A stretch of 64,000 nt of DNA from Nitrospirota bacterium (GTDB taxonomy: Bacteria; Nitrospirota; JACRHJ01). Below the pieces are notes generated by a model that worked only from the letters and a program-made list of their open reading frames with translations, did not search any database and was not told the origin of the DNA. Positions 1 through 11,433 of the stretch are shown in pieces. The position numbers were made by a program, and so were the translations under genes. The first letter of the stretch is position 1. Every line of letters starts with the position of its first letter. The stretch covers positions 155,018 through 219,017 of the forward strand of contig CAVTDB010000009.1 of NCBI GenBank assembly GCA_963733375.1, written 5' to 3'.

Positions 1-191
1 GAAATGCCGAAGAAGACGGTTACGAGTTGCGGTAGAAAATTTTCAGGGCATCACCGTCCATCCCGGAGAGCCGTCCGATGCCCCAGAGGGCGAATACCCC
101 GACTACCGCTCCCGGACGAAGCCGGTCGTCGAAAATGAATCCTTTACCCCCCCGGGAAGGTGCGGGCTTCTCCGTTATTTTGAGGTTCCAT
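1..191 (-). CDS. 5' part of a putative membrane protein running off the window edge (frameshifted)
   Basis: ATG at 191 gives MEPQNNGEARTFPGG; shifted frames give hydrophobic stretches PGAVVGVFALWGIG and LVTVFFGI. No family recognised. Confidence 0.3.
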
Positions 192-559
192 TATGTTAAA
201 ATTCCTTTCTTTTTGAGTGTCAGCGCGGGCATTATGAGTAATCGGGGGTGTGAAGTCAAGTTAATGGTTTTAATTTTTTCGCTTCATATGGCCGGTCGGC
301 GATAAGAAAGAGCCTTCGTGATTATCGGGTCTTAGTAGGAGTCGTTTTAGTCGTGGTGCGGTAATACGCGATTGCCGGCGGAGGCACCCTCATCATTTCC
401 CATGTTTATCGCCTGTGGGCAATCGCTGAAACCGCTAATCATCTATCCTTATCCGTGGCGCTCAAATTGCCTCGGATACCTTGGGGGGATTTTCTAGTCA
501 AAGACTTTGAAGGGTAGAAAGAACGGCTTTGCGATTATTCAGGAGCCGATAGAATCCGG

Positions 560-960
560 TGGTGCGAGGGTCGCGGGCGGTTTTTCTGAATCTAACACGC
601 GCAGGTAGTTCTTCGGTGGTGCCTTTCTATAATTAGCCACTGGCTCTGCTTGCATTTCAGATAAAATTGCGGCTTTCTCATGAGCAAGCGGCCATAAATC
701 ATGAAGCCTGGCGATTTTGGCGGTTTTCCCGGCGGTATCTATGGCGGCTATTCTTGGCGCGGCGCGAGCCTGCTATCGTCTTCGGTGCTGGGCAATGTAT
801 TAAACGACTCATCAGAGTCTCAATGCCCTGAAAGATTTCGGGTCTTGCTGAAATTCGCCCGAAAACGCTAGGATGACATTCTTTATTTTTGTTAGTTGTC
901 TGGCTGTGGCAGTAGTCATTGCCGCGGCGCATAACCTGGCGGGCCCTTGCTGTGCACTGC
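560..960 (-). pseudogene. Possible decayed RAYT/Y1 (IS200-like HUH) transposase relic
   Basis: ORF 699..932 has VMRRGN followed 34 residues later by LMSRLIH, the same spacing as the RAYT pattern HVxxRGN-x34-LMxNHxH. The HUH motif is degraded and stops follow. Eyeball alignment only. Confidence 0.3.
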
Positions 961-1115
961 TTTTAAATATTCCGTCGGTATAAATTTAAGGATAGCTCGG
1001 TTATAGTTATCGTAGGAATTATATGTAAAATTTTATTTATCGGCGCGTTGAAAGAGGTGGGTTCAAGTTTGATTTCAGTATTAAGAATGATTGTATATGT
1101 TTTCCATATTTTTTT

Positions 1116-1295
1116 TCACGGAAAGCATCCCAACTGGCAGTTCTTTATTCTGATATTCTCTTCGTTGCAGAACGCGCCGATTTCCTTCAGCGGGACGCCC
1201 GTCTCCTTGCATAGCGCGAACGCCACCGGGCATGGCAGTTTATTGCCGTGTTCCGACGCGGCCTTGCGGATTTTTTCCTTCTGCTCCTCAGTCAT
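1116..1295 (-). CDS. 59-aa Cys-rich small protein ending in CQLGCF (not in the ORF track)
   Basis: Read by hand: MTEEQKEKIRKAASEHGNKLPCPVAFALCKETGVPLKEIGAFCNEENIRIKNCQLGCFP*. It starts 6 nt after the nrdJ stop and has host-like codon usage. Confidence 0.8.
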   Translation of the reverse strand: MTEEQKEKIRKAASEHGNKLPCPVAFALCKETGVPLKEIGAFCNEENIRIKNCQLGCFP

Positions 1296-1301
1296 GCTTT
1301 A

Positions 1302-3863
1302 CTATCCGCACTTTGAATAACCGCACGAACTGCATACCACGCAGCCTTCGGCGAAAGAGACCATCGAGCCGCATTCCGGGCACTGCGGGCAGTGGTTCAG
1401 GAGGTTGTCAGCCGTCAGGCTCTTATCCTCCGTGGTAATCCCCTGCTTTTTTTCGAGCAGGTAGTCCTCCAGCACGGTGGCGATGGCGTCCGCGCAGGAG
1501 TATATGGTGGAGCCGGAAATCCACGTCGGCGAGGGGCAGCGTATCCCCTTCAACTGGTCGATGATGGACGCCGGTGCACGCCCGAGCGGAGCGCGAGAGA
1601 CACGAGTCTGCCAGTGGCCTCCGTCTGGGACGTCGCGCATCCGCCGGATTTGCCCATGCTGGCGAACAGCTCGCACAACCCCTTCTCGTCCTCGTTTATC
1701 GTTACGTACAGCCTGCCGCATCCGGTGTTCACCTGCCTGGTGATGCCTTTCGTGATAAGCGGGCGCGGCCTGGGAATTATCTTGCCCGGCTCGGGCGGCA
1801 GCTTCTGCTCCTGGACTGCCGGGGCCGGCTGGCCCCCTTTGGCCTCCTTGGTCTGCCGGTGGAGAGCACCTGCTCGTCCTTGGAGCCGTCCCGGTATACG
1901 GTGATGCCCTTGCAGCCGAGCTGTAGGCCAGGCGGTAGGCCTCTGCCACGTCCTCGACCGTGGCGTCGTGGGAGAAGTTCATGGTCTTGGAGACGCCGTT
2001 GTCCGATGGTCCTGGAAGGCCGCCTGCATCCGCACGTGCCACTCGGGCGTCGATGTCGTGCGCCGTGACGAAAACCCGGCGCACGTCTTCCGGCACCTCG
2101 GCCATGTCCGTGCAGGGTGCCGTGCTGCGCGATCCTCTTCATCAGGTCGTCGGAGTAGAAACCGCGCTTCTTCGCGACCGCCTCGAAATGCGGGTTCACC
2201 TCGATGCAGCTCGCCGATGCCCACGACGTGTGGCTGTAGGACACGGCGAAGAGCGGCTCGATCCGCGAGGAGCAGCCGGCGATGATGCAGAGCGTGCCGG
2301 TGGGGGCGATGGTGGTCACGGTGGCGTTGCGCAGCGGCGGCCGCCGTCCCGGTAGATGCTGCTCGACCAGTTCGGGAACGGTCCCCGCTCTTCCGCCAGC
2401 GCCTCGGACTCGGCCCGGCCTCCGCTGGTGATGAACTCCATCACCTTGTCGGCCAGCCAGGCCGCCTCGCTGTCGTAGGGGATGCCGAGCTGGATCAGCA
2501 GGTCCGCCCAGCCCATCACCCCCAGACCGATCTTGCGGTTCGCGCTGCGACATCTCCGATATCTCGGGCAGGGGATAGGGGTTCACCTCGATCACGTCGT
2601 CCAGGAAGCGGACCGCCAGTCGGACGCCGCCGCCCAGCTTCTCCCAGTCGACGGCGCCGCCGTCGATCATGCCGGACGCCAGGTTGATGGAGCCCAGGTT
2701 GCAGGCCTCGTGGGCAGCAGCGGCTGCTCGCCGCACGGGTTGGTGGCCTCGATCGTCGTCCAGCTCGGGGCGTCGGGTTGTCGGCCGGTTCACCCGGTCG
2801 ATGAAGACCAGCCCGGGCTCGCCGTCCTGCCAGGCGGCCCCACGATCCGGTCGAAGACCTCGCGCGCGACAGCCGGCTCGACCGACCTTGCCGGTGCGCG
2901 GGCTGATAAGGTCGTAGTCCATTCCCTCGTCCACGGCCTCCATGAATTCTCCGTGATGCGCCACGGAGATATTGAAGTTGTTGATCCGCCTGTGCCGTCT
3001 TGCAGTTGATGAACTCCAGGATGTCCGGATGGTCCACCTTCAGGATCCCCATGTTGGCGCCGCGCCGGGTCCCGCCCTGCTTCACGGCCTCGGTGGCCCC
3101 GTTGAAGACCCGCATGAAAGAGACCGGGCCGCTGGCGACTCCGCCGGTGGATGCGACCTTGTCGTTCGCGGGGCGAAGCCGCGAAAAAGAGAAGCCGGTG
3201 CCTCCGCCGGACTGGTGGATGAGCGCGGCCCTCTTCATGGCGTCGAAGATGCTCTCCATGGTGTCTTCTACCGGGAGCACGAAGCAGGCGGAAAGCTGCT
3301 GAAGCTCCCGTCCGGCGTTCATCAGGGTCGGCGAGTTCGGCAGGAAATCAAGCCCGATCATCATATCGTAAAACGTGCGGGCAACCTCCCCGGCTTCCTT
3401 TTCCCCGGAGCCGTAGTTCATCTCCGCGAGGGCGATATTTTCCGCCACCCGGCGGAGCATATCCTCCGGCGTCTCTATTGGAGTGCCGTCCTCCCCTTTT
3501 TTCAGGTATCTTCTTTCGAGGACTTTTATTGCATTGGTATTCAATTGGACTTTCCTTTCATTTATGACGCGGGCGCGGCGCTTGTGCGTGATACCTGCCG
3601 GCACTGCCGGTTCGGGCGCAAGCGTGGCTGAAAATTTCGGGTCAAACGATGCTACCGGCCGCCGGTCAGCCGGTCGCCGGTCCGCATGGGGCTGTCCTGC
3701 CTGAGTCCGGTCTGTCTGGGGCAGGTCTGCTTGAGGCAGGCTCTACCCGAGGCAGGTCTGCCTGCCCGCGAGAGTCCTCGTTTCCGGACATGTTGAAGAA
3801 GTCGTCCTGCCTGTCCTTCCCACTGCCTTCCGAAACTCCCCCGCCAGATTCCTCGAATGCCAT
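1302..3863 (-). CDS. nrdJ: Vitamin B12-dependent (class II) ribonucleotide reductase with C-terminal TSCPD domain and zinc ribbon (multiple frameshifts)
   Basis: Fragments contain [82 protein letters not shown] and CPECG...[14 protein letters not shown]. Start placed at MAFEESGG (3863), tentatively. Confidence 0.95.
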
Positions 3864-3932
3864 AACCGCCTCCGAAGTATAGATTTTATGAGGAAAACGT
3901 GGAATTTTGAAGTGCTATTTTGTACTTCGTTT

Positions 3933-3960
3933 ATTATACACCACAATATATGGGAGTCAA
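3933..3960 (-). promoter_or_regulatory. Sigma70-type promoter of nrdJ with an NrdR-box-like site in the spacer
   Basis: Minus strand reads TTGACT-N16-TATAAT. CCACAATATATGGGAG at 3941-3956 resembles the NrdR consensus acaCwAtATaTwGtg. Confidence 0.7.
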
Positions 3961-4049
3961 TCATTTTTTAGAACTTTTTAAGCGCCCCTTCTCATTTTTC
4001 ATATTTTATTGTTAAAATAGCCTTGGAGGGGAACTAAGACAAATGCAGG

Positions 4050-5585
4050 TCAGGAGTATAAGGAAACAGCAAACCGGCCGCGACAACAAGCCGGCGTACG
4101 CAAGCTTAAGCATCTCCACCGGTTGGCGCCGGTCACTTCAAGCCCCTTCGGGTTCCGGCTCAGACAATAACTCAAGGGGACCCTGTCAATCGGATACACT
4201 TCAAGCACCACACCCTCGCCAACCCAGTTGCAGAGGATAAGAAACGCGCTTTCACCAGGCTTGCGGGTGAATTCCTCGGGGTTGTATATCCAGGATATGT
4301 CCGTCCTCTTGTAGGAGGCGCGAAGCGACTGCTGCACGTATGATCTTCCCACGGGCCCGTTTATTATGGTTACGTGCGAGTTGGGGGGGAAATCGGGCAT
4401 TTCTTTCTTTATGGAGGTCAGGAAGGCCCTGAAGGGTTCCGCCTGGTCACGCCATTCGGCGCCTCTGGCCTCGACCCGGCCAATGTTTACCCAGGCAAAC
4501 AGCGCAAGCAAAGCGACTGAGACGGAGACGAAGGCCCTGGCCGAGAACTTTTCCCTGAGGCGCAGTATCGCCGCGGCAAGTATAATCGAAGAGCCGATAG
4601 ACGGAATATACAGATAGCGGCTTATCGAAGAAAGGATATATCTCGGTTCAAGCTCACCAGGCTGGTGAGGCTCATGGGCAGGAAGGAAACGAATATCCAG
4701 CCGTAACCGAAGAGAAGCGCCTTCCTGTCCTTTACCCAGAAGAAGCTGAGGACGACCCTGCGATGGTCAGGTATATCCTGGGATTGGACATTCTGAGAAG
4801 GCCCGACGGATGCAGGAAAAAGACCGTCCATCCGCCGAAAAGCATGTAAAGCGGCCGGGGATGGAAGAACCTTAAATTATCGACATGGGAACTGAACAGA
4901 TAAACGAAGACCATGTAGACCATTACTACGGCTATAAACGGCGCGGCCCTCAGCAGTACGGCCTTCTTGTCCCTTAGCCCGTCGAAATATACCAGCTCCA
5001 TCAGGATTAAAGCGAGCGGCAGCGATACAGCGTCTTCCTTGCTTAAGACGGCGCATATGAAAAAAACGACCGCCAGGACCCCTGGCTGGCTGAGCCCTTC
5101 CGCCGGTAATCAAGATAGGTGTAGAGGGTTAAAAGATAGAAAAAGAGGCTCAGCAGGCCGCTGCTCGCCGCCTTCCAGAAAACGGCGTCGCACCCGACGG
5201 CGTTCAGCAGGAAAAACGCGCCGGCGAGAAGCACATAGCCCCTGTCATTAAGCAGTTTTGACAGAAACAGATAAAGAAGGACCGCGTTGGCGCTATACAG
5301 GACAAGGCTGTACAGGTTAAAGATGAACGGGTTAAAACCGGCTATGGAGTACAGGGGCCACCATAATGTATTGCTCAGCAACCTCAGACTATTGTAGCCG
5401 AGTAAAACGTCCAACGGACCGCGGAAGATGTTCTCGATGTACTTGAAGTCGTCCAAGTAGAAGAAATTATTCAGGAAGGGGCCGTAATATATAAATGCCA
5501 CGGCAACAGAAGCCAGCGAAAAAACAAGAAGCTCTTTCTTAGCCCTATTCATTATTCTTTTGATCGGCGCCATTTCATATGGCAA
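4050..5585 (-). CDS. Multi-pass membrane protein, GT-C fold glycosyltransferase-like (frameshifted)
   Basis: N-terminal TM helix followed by a loop with LDD (NFFYLDDFKYI), many hydrophobic segments across 4 fragments, and a soluble C-terminal domain. Confidence 0.6.
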
Positions 5586-5670
5586 TATAACATTAATTTA
5601 CGCAATCGCCAAGTAAATTATTAACAAACCGCATTTGGGTTCAAGACCCGTCCCATGACCCTGCGGCTCT

Positions 5671-6827
5671 TCAGGCCCCCGCCTTGAGTTTCTCGATTTC
5701 CTTCAGTATTATCTGCTCGGCCAGCCCAGGGACCACATCCCAGACTATTCTCTCCACTACAGCCGGCACGACTTCCCAGACAACCTTCTCAGCCACGTCC
5801 GGCATGACCTCCCAGACTACCTTCTCGGCGGATTCTTTGGACATCCTTGAAATAACCTCCCGAATCTTCGCCTCCACCAGCCTGTGCAGATCGTCCGGTT
5901 CAAAAGCGGCCTCCGCAGCGGGAGCGGCAGGGAATGGGGCGGGTGGTGCGGACGGGATAGCAAACGGGATGGCGGAAGGCTCTGCCTCGGCTTCAGCGCC
6001 TATGGGGGCAAATGACGGCATCTGCATGAAATCGCTCACATCCGCGAGCGCGGGTTCCGCTTCTTCCGCTTCCAAAACCTCATCGGCATCTACAAATTCT
6101 TCCGCTTCTATCGCCTCTTCCGCTTCCACCGCTTCTTCAGGGGCTTCCTCGGCCAGAAAAACCTCGTCGTCCTCGTCCGCCAGGTATGCCTGCGCGGGCT
6201 CTTCATCTTCCTCCATCACGGCGTCCATCGGCAGTTCGTCCCAGGGCAGTTTCTCTTCTTCTCCCTGGGAAGGAGTCGCGGTAAAATAAGACATGACTTC
6301 CGACGCCCCCGCCAGGGGCTGGTCCTCGGTCTGCATGTCCACGACGCTCCAGAGGTCGTCCACGGATTCCGCGTCCAGGATTTCTTCCGCCGGCAAGGCC
6401 TCCAGCGGCAGTTCATCCACCGGTACGTGCACATCCAGCGGCTCCGGGGCCGTCCTGGCCTTTCTCTCCACCAGGTCCTTGACTTTATTTACAAGTTCGG
6501 AAGACTCGAAGGGCTTTATAATATGGCCGTCAGCCAGGGACGAAGAGGCCAGGCCGGGATCGAAATTCTCGAAGGTCCCGGCGAGAAGCAGTACCGGGAT
6601 ATTTTTCAGGGCCGGGTCCTGCTTTACGGCGGCGAGAGCTGATAGCCGTCCATGCGGGGCATGACGATGTCCGCGAGGATGATGTCCGGAGCAGCCTTCC
6701 TGGCCGCGTCAAGCGCGGATTCCCCGTCACCGAAAGCGGTTACTTCAAAGTCCTCTTCGGACAGGGTAAGCTCGACGACTTTCTGTATAGTGATGCTGTC
6801 GTCTGCCAGGTAAACCTTATATGGCAT
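5671..6827 (-). CDS. romR: RomR-like response regulator: receiver domain, acidic/Pro-rich linker, conserved C-terminal helix (1 frameshift)
   Basis: Receiver LADDSITIQKVV...ADIVMP...IPVLLLAGTFENFD...IKPFES, and tail EKVVWEVVP...LAEQIILKEIEKL. Both match Myxococcus RomR as I recall it. Confidence 0.75.
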
Positions 6828-6986
6828 AGTTCCTCCAGAAGGACGCGCGTCTATCGCCTTTTTTTATAATACAAATAAGGAATAAAATCAATTTATTTGT
6901 TAAGCGGAGGAGGCGACTAAGAGGCGGGAAGATTGCCCGTTTAGGGGGTGGCGGGCGCGGTGTGCATTAGAGCGGAAGTCGGGAGC

Positions 6987-8022
6987 TTATATCTCCGCCC
7001 AGGGCCTCGGTATGAAAAGGTCCTGGTACAGCTTCAGGGCGTACCTGTCCGTCATGCCCGCCACGAAATCGCTGACCTTGCGCGCCCGGTCGGAATTTAA
7101 TTTGCCGTAGGACCCTGGCAGGGTTATATTTTCATCCAGGAAATAATTAAATATCTCGGTCAGGATTTTGGTGGCCTTTAGAAACTCGCCGTAAGTCTTT
7201 TTGTTCTCGTACACGTTCGCGAAAAGAAACGACCGCAGCTCCTCCGTGGCCTCGCGGACGCTATCCCCCATCCTTATCTCGTCGAGTCCGGCATCCAGGC
7301 TGGAGAATATGACGTCTTTAACCATCGTGTCTATTCTCTTCGCATGGCTGTTCCCCAATGTCTTTATAATCGCCTTCGGCACGTCGGAATTTTTTATCAC
7401 CTTCGCCCGGACCGCGTCGTCCAGGTCGTGGTTGGCGTAGGCTATCCCGTCCGCCACCCGCACGACCTGCCCCTCCAGCGTCTCCGCCCTGACGTTTAGC
7501 GTCATCGGGAAGCATCGCGCCCTTGCCCTTCGAGTGTCTTAGAATTCCGTCCCGCACCTCATAAGTCAGGTTCAGGCCCTGCCCGTCCCTCTCCAGCACA
7601 TCCACCACCCGAAGGCTCTGCTCGTAATGGTTGAACCCGCCGGGCAAGATGGCGTTCAGTACCGACTCCCCCGCGTGGCCGAACGGGGTATGCCCGAGGT
7701 CGTGCCCAAGCGCGATCGCCTCGGTCAAGTCTTCGTTGAGCCTAAGCGCTTTCGAAATGGTTCGAGCTATCTGGCTCACCTCAAGCGTATGCGTGAGCCT
7801 TGTGCGGTAGTGGTCGCCTTCCGGGGCCAGGAACACCTGGGCCTTGTGCTTCAGGCGGCGGAACGATTTGCTGTGGATTATGCGGTCGCGGTCGTGCTGA
7901 TACGCCGTGCGGATGATCCCCTCGGTTTCAGGAATCGCCCGGCCATGGCTCATCGCCGCTCTTGCCGCGCGGGGATGCAGGATTTGTTCTTCTATTTTTT
8001 CCGACTGCTGGCGTATGTTCAT
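6987..8022 (-). CDS. dgt: dGTP triphosphohydrolase (HD family; 1 frameshift)
   Basis: [62 protein letters not shown]. Confidence 0.93.
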
Positions 8023-8248
8023 AAATTTAAAGCGTTAATCTATTCAGCTATTTTAACTTTTGCTAAGGCGCTCGCTCTATATATTTTCATATTCGAAAAA
8101 TCCGATAATAGTAAGGTGGAAGAAACTAAAGAGATGTTTATGGGATATGGAAACCAGGCAATCACATTTATAAAAACGGGAAACAAAACAGGAGTTTAAA
8201 AGTTTTTTGGCGGCAGCCCCGCGCTAACCCTTTTAGATGAAATCATAG

Positions 8249-9468
8249 CTACCCTACGGTATCAAAGCGGTGGGGACCCCTCCTTACCTTTTTTCCGAAA
8301 AATAGTGTAATGAATTTAAAAAGCTCTTCCCCCTGTCGATTTTGATTTCCAGCGCCTCAGCTACCGTCGCGCCAAGGTCTGAGAAGCTTTCCCTCGTGCC
8401 GAGGTTTACGCCGCTTTTTATCCGGGGCCGTAAACGAGTAGCGGCACGTATTCGCGGGTATGGTCGGTGCCGCTAAAACCGGGGTCGGTCCCGTGGTCGC
8501 CGGTGATGAAAAACAGGTCGCCCGGCCTCATCGCGGCCATCATCTTAGGGAGCCAGCCATCGAACTCCACCAGGGCCTTATAATACCCGACGGCGTCGTT
8601 TCTATGCCCGTAGAGCATATCAAAGTCCACCAGGTTTGTAAAAATAATTCCCTGCGTTATCTGCTCCGCCGCGCCCAGCGTCCTGTCCATGCCGTCCGTG
8701 TTGCCCGCCGTATGTACGGCTTCGGTAAGGCCCCGGCCCGCAAATAGATCTTCGATTTTCCCAATGCCGACCACGGACAGTCCCGCCGCTTTTCCTTGTC
8801 CAGCAGGGTATCGCCCGAGGGGTGAGTGAAAAATCTTTTCTATCGGTGGTGCGTCGGAAACGGCCGGGTACGCCTTTAAATGGCCTCGCGATTACCCTGC
8901 CGACGGCGTGCTTCCCAGGGAGCATCTCCCGCGCTGCCCGGCAGATATCGTAGAGTTCCGGAAGCGGTATCACGTCCACGTGCGCCGCGATCTGAAAAAC
9001 GCTGTCAACGGAGGTATAGACTATCGGCTGGCCTGTTCTTAGATGCTCTTCGCCCAGCCTGTCGATTATTTCCGTGCCGGACGCGGCGACGTTGCCAAGC
9101 GCCTCCCTGCCGGTTCTTACTCTAAACTCGTCCATCAGTTCCGGCGGGAACCCGCGCGGATAGACGGGGAACGGCTTATCGAGCTTAAGGCCCGCTATCT
9201 CCCAATGCCCGGAGATGCTGTCTTTGCCCTTCGATTTTTCAGCCATGCGACCAAATGAACCCATACAATCCTGTCGCTTCGCAAGGCCCTTGAAATCACC
9301 CAGGTTCCCAAGTCCCAGAGACTCGAAATTCGGCAGGGAAAGCCCCCCCGCGGCCTCTGCCACGTGCAGGAGCGTATTCGCGCCCTCGTCGCCGTAATCC
9401 TTCGCGTCCGGGAGCGCGCCGACACCGAAGCCGTCTAAAACGATAATAAAAATTCTACCCAAGAACAA
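8249..9468 (-). CDS. deoB: Phosphopentomutase (frameshifted; 3' end approximate)
   Basis: [66 protein letters not shown]. Confidence 0.93.
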
Positions 9469-9555
9469 TACCTAATCCTGCCAAGTTAAAAATTCCGTTT
9501 TAAAAAAAACAGCGAGGGACAGAAATAATTTATCGTGCGGAAAATTCATGAAGCT

Positions 9556-10385
9556 TTATTTGAATTTCTTCAGGAGGTCCCGGCGGGCCTCGCCGATTGT
9601 GAGCGGGAGGCGGTCGAAACTTACGTGGTCTTCGTCCTTCATCTTCTCGATAAGCTCGGCAATCTGCGGGAGCCGGAGCTTTACTCCTTTTAAGTCCGCT
9701 GAAGCGTTGAAAACTTCCGCCGGCGTGCCTTCTCTCGCCACTTTACCTTTGCTCAGGATATACAGCCGGTCTATAAAAAGCGGCACCAGGTCCACGTTGT
9801 GCGTCGCCATTACCATCGTTATCCCCTTCTCCCGGTTCAGGCGCATCAGGAGGTTCATCGTCTTGTACTCGCCCATCGGGTCCAGCCCCGCGGTAGGTTC
9901 GTCGAGTAACATTATATTCTGCCCCATAGCGAGCAGGCCGGCTATGCAGGCCCGTTTCTGCTGGCCGTAGCTAAGGCCTGGATAGGCTTTTGTCCAAGGC
10001 CGCCAAGGCCCGCGTCCTCGATGGCCCTATCCACTCTGTCCTTCACTTCGCCCGGCGAAAAACCCATATTTACCGGGCCGAAGGCGACGTCCTCGGCAAG
10101 CGTCGCCGCGAATAGCTGGTCGGCGGGGTTCTGGAACACCATTCCCAACTGCCGGAAAAGTTCGCGCTTCGGGAATGTCGTTAATTTTTTTCCGTTTATC
10201 TCGATTTGACCTGCGGAAGGTTTCAAAAGGCCGCACAGAAGCCTTAGCAGGGTAGTCTTTCCGGAGCCGTTGGAAGCGAGTAGCCCTATGAACTCGCCTT
10301 TTCCCGCGCGGAAATCGACGTTAGACAGGGCGGCAGTCCCGTCCGGATAGGCAAAAGAGATGGTTTCGGCCCTTACAGCGTCCAT
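9556..10385 (-). CDS. cbiO: ECF cobalt/nickel transporter ATPase (1 frameshift)
   Basis: Walker A ASNGSGKTT, FQNPADQLF, LLDEPTAGLD; lies downstream of cbiQ. Confidence 0.9.
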
Positions 10386-11053
10386 TATCCTTCGTACCCG
10401 CGGAGTTCCATGGAATCGGCGGCGGCCTCGGCGCGGGAGTAAGCCCTGACGAATACCGCGCCGCAGAGCGTGCCGAGCGAGCGGACGGACACCCCCGCCC
10501 CGGAATATCCCAGGCGGATTTTCTGCGCCTGGTATATGGTTACGGCGTCGTCTAACAGGACGAATATATACCGGTAGGCAAAAAGGGACAACTCCACCAG
10601 CGCCTTCGGCATCCTGAGCCTCGCAGCCGCTGAAAGGAGCTTATGGACGGGCGTCGTCATCGTGAGGAAAAGTACTACAAATACCGCGCCGAATACGCGT
10701 GCCATTATATGAAGCCCGCGTCGAAGACCCTGCGCGCTTAGGGAAAGGTTCAGCCCAAAAACCTCCAAGCGGGCAAGCGGCGCGCCGGCGGTTAAAAACA
10801 CCTGGAACAGCACAATCATCAGCGCGAAGAACAAGGGCTCCGAGACCCTGAAAAGCACGGTCTTAACCGGCGCGCCGGATACAAGGAGCAGGGCAAAGCA
10901 GACTATCCCTATCGTAACCGGCACTGCGGGGTTGGGAGAGGCTACGGCAAGGACGAGACACGCCGCCGAGGCGATAATTTTGGCCCTGGCGTCCATGCGC
11001 CTTATAAACCCGCCATTTTCGGCGTAGGCTTCCGAAAATATCTCAACCTTCAT
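10385..11053 (-). CDS. cbiQ: ECF transporter T component
   Basis: MDARAKI, YRYIFVL, AQKIRLGY, SMELRGY; hydrophobic. Confidence 0.88.
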   Translation of the reverse strand: MKVEIFSEAYAENGGFIRRMDARAKIIASAACLVLAVASPNPAVPVTIGIVCFALLLVSGAPVKTVLFRVSEPLFFALMIVLFQVFLTAGAPLARLEVFGLNLSLSAQGLRRGLHIMARVFGAVFVVLFLTMTTPVHKLLSAAARLRMPKALVELSLFAYRYIFVLLDDAVTIYQAQKIRLGYSGAGVSVRSLGTLCGAVFVRAYSRAEAAADSMELRGYEG

Positions 11054-11399
11054 CCGTCTCTCCTCCGGGCTTCTTTGTCGCGATGAAATCCCGGTAATAG
11101 TAGCCAATGATGAATCCGCCGGCGACTCCCGCAACCAAAAAAACGAACAGCAACACGTCGCCCGTAGGCTCTATAAAGTGCAGCTTCGGGGGACGGCCAT
11201 GTTCCACGGAGTATTTCTCCACGACAGTCTCGTCCACGCCCTGCCATTTTTCTGCGGCAGGGCCGACACCGTGAAAAGCACAGCAGAAACGAAAAGGACA
11301 GGGCGAATACCAGGCCGCCCAGGCCGATAGTGCGCTCAGGCCGGTTGCCCGGCTTCGACCGCCATGGTTTTGAACGGCAGGCCGTCCTACGGCCTTCAT
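11043..11399 (-). CDS. Small accessory membrane component of the Co/Ni ECF transporter (CbiN-like)
   Basis: WQGVDETVVEKY followed by a C-terminal TM helix; located between cbiM and cbiQ. N-terminus probably frameshifted. Confidence 0.65.
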   Translation of the reverse strand: MKAVGRPAVQNHGGRSRATGLSALSAWAAWYSPCPFRFCCAFHGVGPAAEKWQGVDETVVEKYSVEHGRPPKLHFIEPTGDVLLFVFLVAGVAGGFIIGYYYRDFIATKKPGGETDEG

Positions 11400-11433
11400 G
11401 CCTCCACCTCCCTGATCGCAGGCATTGCTGCTT

